Source: the human T2T-CHM13v2.0 reference genome, Homo sapiens
Assembly: GCF_009914755.1 (NCBI RefSeq)
Contig: NC_060932.1
Direction: 5' to 3' (one strand)
Length of the DNA stretch: 64,000 nt
The notes under the pieces were generated by a model. It was not told where the DNA came from. It worked only from the letters and a program-made list of their open reading frames with translations, and made no database searches. Shown here one piece after another: positions 57,958 through 64,000 of the stretch. Numbering within the stretch: the first letter of the stretch is position 1; each line of letters starts with the position of its first letter. A program made the translations under genes and the position numbers.

Positions 57958-59038
57958 CAGGCAGTCTTTACTTTGCACAGTAATGTGGGGTCATATAACT
58001 GATAACGCAAACTTAAACTGTGCAAAGCAGCCTTAGTAACAGATGGGAAAAGTTGTAATCATTCTGTGACCTTTCAAATTTTTTTGTCAAAACATGAAAA
58101 ACTCTCTTATTGACAGGTATAAATGTAAAGGACAATTTTGAAAATAGTAAAACTAATGTTTATTTAGTATACTTTAAAACATTAGAAACGCTGATAAAGT
58201 GTGTTGTTTCTTTGGAAAAAACTTATCAGAAGCAGGTTTAACAGTGCTAGTCTTCTCATATAACTTCTCATCATATAACTTACAAAATGCAGCGAGCATC
58301 TTTCCATACCTTGATAAATTGTCACACACTTTTCTAAATCTGGATGAGTTTATAACATTTTATCCTTTACATTTTCAACGTCATGAAATATCTCCAAGAG
58401 TTCCTTTAATGTGAACTTTTTGCCAGGGTCACTTCCCCTGAAACGGCTTCATCTTTTCACCACAACCTCCTCACTTTCTTCATTTATATCCTTAAGTTCA
58501 CCTTCCCTAACCTCCTCTGGATGTATATCTGGAGTCTCTTAAATGACAGCAGTTCAATAGCAGTGTCAATATTCCCACAGTCAGCTATTTCTTCTATACT
58601 CCATTTACACTTCCCAGAATTTCACTTCAGTATTTTCACTTTTTGTTTCTTGGCTGCGCTTTTATCTCTTTTGGTCCATTTCCTTTTGATTATCCATTTT
58701 TGTAAAACATCACGTTATCACTGGGAGACAAGGAGGAAACACACCTACATGCTTTGCTGTCTCTGTGTGAACTGAATGACAGACATATAGTAACCAATCA
58801 CCAACAGACTATTAAAGAAAAGCAATGTGATTGGTCATGATTACGATGTACATATGTTTCTACAGAGTGATTTATGGACTGAGGAGCTAGCAGCAAAGTT
58901 TGTACTTTATACAATTACTGAAAGTTATACTGTTCTAAATGAAATTTGAACTGAGTTGTTGGGAACTGGTGTTATTTAACTAAAACATGGTTACTGAGAT
59001 TCATGCATATAGAAATTATATAAAGCAGGGATTGCCTA
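57958..59038 (-). mobile_element. Non-autonomous Tigger (Tigger13a-like)
   Basis: TA flanks; TIRs CAGGCAGTCTTTACTTT / AAAGCAGGGATTGCCTA; subterminal TTAGTTAAATAACACCAG on the minus strand. Confidence 0.7.
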
Positions 59039-59210
59039 TAATAATGAAAAATGAATTATTAATGAATTTGCATAAATCCAGAGAAATAGGGCATTAAAAT
59101 TTAATATACATTTTTTTCTGCCTATACAAATTAGTGTAAAATCAAAGGAACAAGATTCTCTTTCTTAGAAGTCAAATGTTTTCCACTTAAATTCCTTGAA
59201 TTTACTATCA

Positions 59211-59267
59211 TAAAATAAAATAAAATAAAATAAAATAAAATAAAATAAAATAAAATAAAATAAAAAT
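59211..59267. repeat. (TAAAA)n pentanucleotide repeat, ~11 units
   Basis: Seen directly. Confidence 0.97.
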
Positions 59268-59568
59268 ACAGGTAAGATTCCAGAAAGGAGAAATTATTTC
59301 CCTAAGAAGTGGGAGACAGACTCCTAGAAGAGGTAGGATTTAGCCTTAAAGTATTGCAGGATTTCAGTAAGTGAGGGGAGGTGGGATTTCTCTTCCCTCT
59401 CCCATAAAGTTCTGTCCAAAAGCCATGAGGAAGAAATGAGTGAGGCAGGCATCTGTATAGGAGGCAGGGGAAGCCACAGAAGCCTAGAACAGCGTTTTAG
59501 AGCTCAAGCAGTGTGAGGTGTATCCACACAGGCAGGTTGGTCTGGTATAAGGTGTCAGAACCCAGTTG

Positions 59569-59868
<300 letters not shown>

Positions 59869-59984
59869 GAACCAGTTGGTTGAGACAGGCTTCCACACAG
59901 TAAGGGGAAGGGATTGTGGCTCAGGGTGTCAGTGCCCAAGTTGGTGCAAGGAGGGCATCTGTATAGGAATATGTGGGCAGTAGT

Positions 59985-61695
59985 GGTGATGGGATTTTGG
60001 TGACAGGAGAAGTGGTGAAAAATAAATAAATATATTAAAAATAATAGGAGCTAGGAATTTCTCCATCAGAGAATGGAGTTAGAAATACGGAAAGTGAGAA
60101 AACTAGAACATGCCCTGTGTTATTAGCTTAGTATTGAAGAAACTGTAATGAATCTTTATAATACATAAAGACACATAGAACTATAAATTATAAGCTTTTA
60201 TATATAAATACATATATTCATTTATTTACTAGCTCTGTCCACTCTTAGGGCAACATCCTAATAGTTATGAGCACACCTAACACCCAGATCTTGGTTTCTA
60301 AATACTAATCTACACTGAGAAAAAAAAAGAGTCTCTTGTATAAATGGCTGATTCTAAGGCTAGGGCAGCAAAAGTGCAAGATGAGTCTGGAACATCTTGT
60401 GGAGTATTCAAGCCAGGAATTATTCAAAGAGTAATGAAGACACGTCAAAAAGACACAGAAACCAGCTTGAAGGGGTTCCCACTGGCCACATATAGGGTAG
60501 CTGGAAGATCAAAAATGATAGTAATGAATTATAATCTACTGAATAGAATATATTGATATAAATTGCTAAAATGAATGGGATATTTCATAGACTCAAAGTA
60601 TCACTTCACAAAAGACTTATAAATTATAAAAAGGAAAACAGTAACTTTAGAGTGCATAAGTCAGATAGATACCATGTTAATCAAACGTCCAAAGTTAACA
60701 TCACCAAGGACAAATTGAAATCATGGGCCAAATGATAGGATGAAAAAGAATATAACATCAATCCTGTGATACTCCTGTCAAAGATGCATAACTGAAATAT
60801 ATTCATGAGGAAAGAGAGAAACCCAAATTGGTTTCTCTCAAAGACGTGCTACAAAAAACCCAAAGACATGCTACAAAAAAACTGGTCTGTAATCCCCAAA
60901 AGTGTCAAGATCAATGCAACTCAAGGGGAAGACTAAGGAACTGTTCCAGATGGATGGAAATTAAAAATAGGTAACAACTAAATGCAACACACAATTCTGA
61001 TCTGAATCTTTTTGCTCTAAAGAATTACTGAGATAATTGGTGGAATTTGAATGACATCAGAGTATTAGATGGTAGTAAAGTACCCATGTTATATTGTGGT
61101 TATCCAGGGCAATGTTCTTGTTTATAGGAAATCCATACCACAGTACTCCCGTTGCAGTGGACAATGTGGTACATAATCTGATCCTTAGCTGCCAGAAGTC
61201 CTGATAATAGACAGCCCTCAACAATCAGTCATCTTGGGGGACCGACACAGCTGAAGAATGCTGCCTCGCTCAGGGATCTGCACCCTGCCCAGGGCACTCC
61301 ACATCTAATAGCTTGTTTTCACAGAAGCAGAGGCCCAACCCTTTTGCCCAACTCCAGACAACACAAAAGTGTCATCCCATCTCCAAAACTCCCTACGGTG
61401 TTAGCTGAGGCTTCCACTGAAACTATATTACACCTTTACTTCTACCTCTGCCCAAGCCTGCTTCTTTCCCTTCCCTTCCCAAGGTGAGAATTTCACCAGC
61501 ACACTACTCAATCAACTACTTGCACGTTAACCTTTGTCTCAGAAACTGCTTGCCAAGGAACTCAATCTGTGAGAGGAATGATAGGGCATCATATCAGAAA
61601 CTTATTATCCAATGATTTAGGAGAGGAGAAACAAAGTTTGTTGTGCCATACTTGAAACTCTTCTGTAAATTTAAGACTGTTTCAAAATGTAAAAA
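59985..61695 (+). mobile_element. L1MC/MD 3'UTR fragment interrupted by an LTR16-like ERVL LTR (~61152-61572)
   Basis: CCCAGATCTTGGTTTCTAAATAC, ACAACTAAATGCAAC (L1); CTTCTACCTCTGCCCAAGCCTGCTTC...GTCTCAGAAACTGCTTGCCAAGGAAC (LTR16). Confidence 0.7.
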
Positions 61696-62159
61696 GGAAT
61701 AAAAAAATTCGGTGGGAAAAACACAGGAGAACAACATGAATAAAAGCAGAAAAGAAAAAAGTATGATGGAGGTCACAGTTCAATAAAGAAATTAGACTAA
61801 CCAATGGACAGTGTATTCCAGGTAATAATGGGAAGTAAAAGAAGATAGGCAAAAAGAACACATCTCTTACACGGCATTTATTTCTCAAATGTGATTGTTG
61901 CATAGCTACAAAATCAGGGTTAACAATTCACCTTTTTTCAAATTGTCATTAAGAAGTCCCTTTGAGCAGAAAAAAAAAAAATTCTAGGATGTTTTTTAAA
62001 CCAGAAGATCTTTCTCATGCACATAAAATTCAGCCAGTTCACAAAATGTACCACATCTTATATTATCATTATCACATTTGCCTATTTTCTTTCACAATTC
62101 AAGCATGCCTGAAGCTACTATCTACATGTCTTCAACTCTTTCCTATCTTAAAAACAAAA

Positions 62160-62340
62160 ATACTTTCTGTAACCTTGCTATTCAAAATATGGTCCCTGGA
62201 CCTGTAGCACTGAAATCCCTGGGAATGTGTTAGAAATGCAGAATCTCAGGCCCCACTTCAAACCTAATGAAACACAATTTGCATTTCAATAAGATTCCCA
62301 GATGATGTATGCAAATTAAAATTTGGGAAGCAGGGGTCTA
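62160..62340. mobile_element. MER5A
   Basis: TTAGAAATGCAGAATCTCAGGCCCCAC...TGCATTTCAATAAGATTCCCAGATGAT. Confidence 0.8.
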
Positions 62341-62844
62341 GTTTTCACTGTGTGATATAACATAGGGGCTTCATCCCACCTTTATAATGAAACACAGTCA
62401 AATTCAATTCAAATTGATGGCTTATTTCTAAACCATAAGAGAACTGAAGTCACAGAGCAATCAACTGGCCCTAAATCAAAAGAGGGGCAGGCACCTGCAA
62501 GGACAGACAGGATCTTAGTACTTGCTTACTTAGGATAGCTGCAACTGGACACCATAAGAGGGTACAGCTAAATAGTAGGTGAACAGGTGAAGGCAGAGTG
62601 GGAGATTTTGAGGCAGTATGAAGCTACTAGGGTATGCATAAACTGGGGGAGTCCACACCTTCTTGCAGGTTCTGTTGCTAGAAATCACACCAGATACACA
62701 CAAAAAAGACAAGAAAGCCCTAAGAAAGTGCCCATTGCAGTAGAAACCTGAAGGAGGGGAATAGCAGTATTGTAGGAAGAACATGAAACTCTACCTGGAT
62801 CCTTCTCCCAATCTCTACGAGTCAATCCTTAATCTGAGCGGTGA

Positions 62845-63120
62845 ACCAATTAAACCTTTTTTTAATAAATTACCCAGTCTCAGGTTATTTCTTTATAACA
62901 GCATAAGAATGGCCTAATACATACCTGTTTTACCCATCTCTCCCCTCCCTTCTTAAATAAGGAAGGCTATATAAGTATGTGGGCCCCATTAGGATAGCGG
63001 GTAATCACTCTGTGATTTTCCCCCATGCATGCCAATAAATTTGTAGGCCATTTCTCTTATTAATCTGCCTTCTGTCAGTGAATCTTCAGAGGGCAAAGGA
63101 GTTTTCCTTTTCTCTCTACA
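62845..63120 (+). mobile_element. MST-type LTR 3' tip (62845-62922) abutting a MER4-group ERV1 LTR 3' half (~62925-63120)
   Basis: AATTACCCAGTCTCAGG...GGCCTAATACA; then TATATAA, AATAAA, CTTATTAATCTGCCTT...CTACA. Confidence 0.65.
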
Positions 63121-63427
63121 CCAGTAACATATACTTAAAGTAAATTCACATTTCTGACTTATGAGTAAAGAGATGACCTCAGATAAAATCAAGCTATTGC
63201 CCAACATCTCCCTTCCACATCCAAAGTTTCCTTCAGAAAGTTGAATCCTTCCTTATTGATACTCCCTTCTCAGCCAACTAAAATCTGGCTTCTCCTCACA
63301 TAGCTATCATTAAAACTGCTCTGACAAAGACATCAATCTCTTTCACGTTATTAAATCTAATGGACCCCACACACACCTCAGCCCCAATATTCCTCTTACT
63401 TGACCTATCTAAAGCATCAGATCACTC

Positions 63428-63731
63428 TTTTTTTATTTTTATTTTTTTGAGACAGTGTCTCATTCTGTCACACAGGCTGGAGTGTAATGGCGTGATCTCA
63501 GCTCACTGCAACCTCTGCTTCCCAGGCTATAGTGTTCTTCACCACCTCAGCCTCCCAAGTAGCTGGGACCATAGGCTTGCACCATCACACCCAGCTAATT
63601 TTTGTATTTTTAGTAGAGACGGGGTTTTACCATGTTGTCCAGGCTGGTCTCAAACTCCTGAACTCAAACAATCCTCCCAACTCGTCCTCCCAAAGTGATG
63701 GGATTACAGGTGTGAGCCACCGTTCCTGGTC
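63428..63731 (-). mobile_element. AluJ-like inside an L2 remnant (~63200-64000)
   Basis: Antisense Alu; flanking L2 RT-like sequence (CTCTTACTTGACCTATCTAAAGCAT...CTCTTTCTTGAAATGC). Confidence 0.88.
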
Positions 63732-64000
63732 TTATTCCCTCTTTCTTGAAATGCCTCTTCCACCCTTAGCTTCTAGGATATCTTTTTTTTTTTTCCTGTC
63801 TCTCTGGACATTACTCCTCTCTCTCTTTCTAGTTCTTGTTCTTCTTCCTGTTCTCTTCCAATAAACACTGGTGTTTTTCAGCATTTTCTCCTGGGATCTT
63901 CTCCTATCACTCTATTTATACTGCCTAGCCCTAGTTACTACCTATATGGGTAGAAGTCCCAAACTTGACTCTTACTCTGGAGCTCCAGAGTTGATATATA

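Overview
Human (or great-ape) genomic DNA, repeat-rich and AT-rich. The only protein-coding gene is TMEM65 on the minus strand. Six coding exons (exons 2-7 of the known 7-exon gene) splice in frame through canonical GT-AG sites, followed by a long 3'UTR; exon 1 lies beyond the right end of the window. Downstream of TMEM65 and convergent with it is a 5'-truncated SOX2 processed pseudogene (~7782-10412, +). It is inserted into an MLT1 LTR with an imperfect TSD, keeps a CpG-island-like core, and carries a ~1.1 kb AT minisatellite inside its 3'UTR. TMEM65 intron 1 holds a two-LTR ERV1 provirus (MER57-like; 4-bp TSD CTAC, tRNA-Leu PBS, PPT, gag/integrase/env remnants). A near full-length Tigger2-like transposon lies in the putative distal 3'UTR. 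The rest is Alu, L1, L2, MIR, MaLR and hAT elements plus microsatellites. I found no strong evidence for a wholly new biological system. The best leads are the CpG-retaining SOX2 retrocopy with an LTR-supplied in-frame ATG, a ~104-nt hairpin in the TMEM65 3'UTR, and several fold-back (template-switch) scars. Repeat subfamily names and comparisons with SOX2 come from recall, not alignment.
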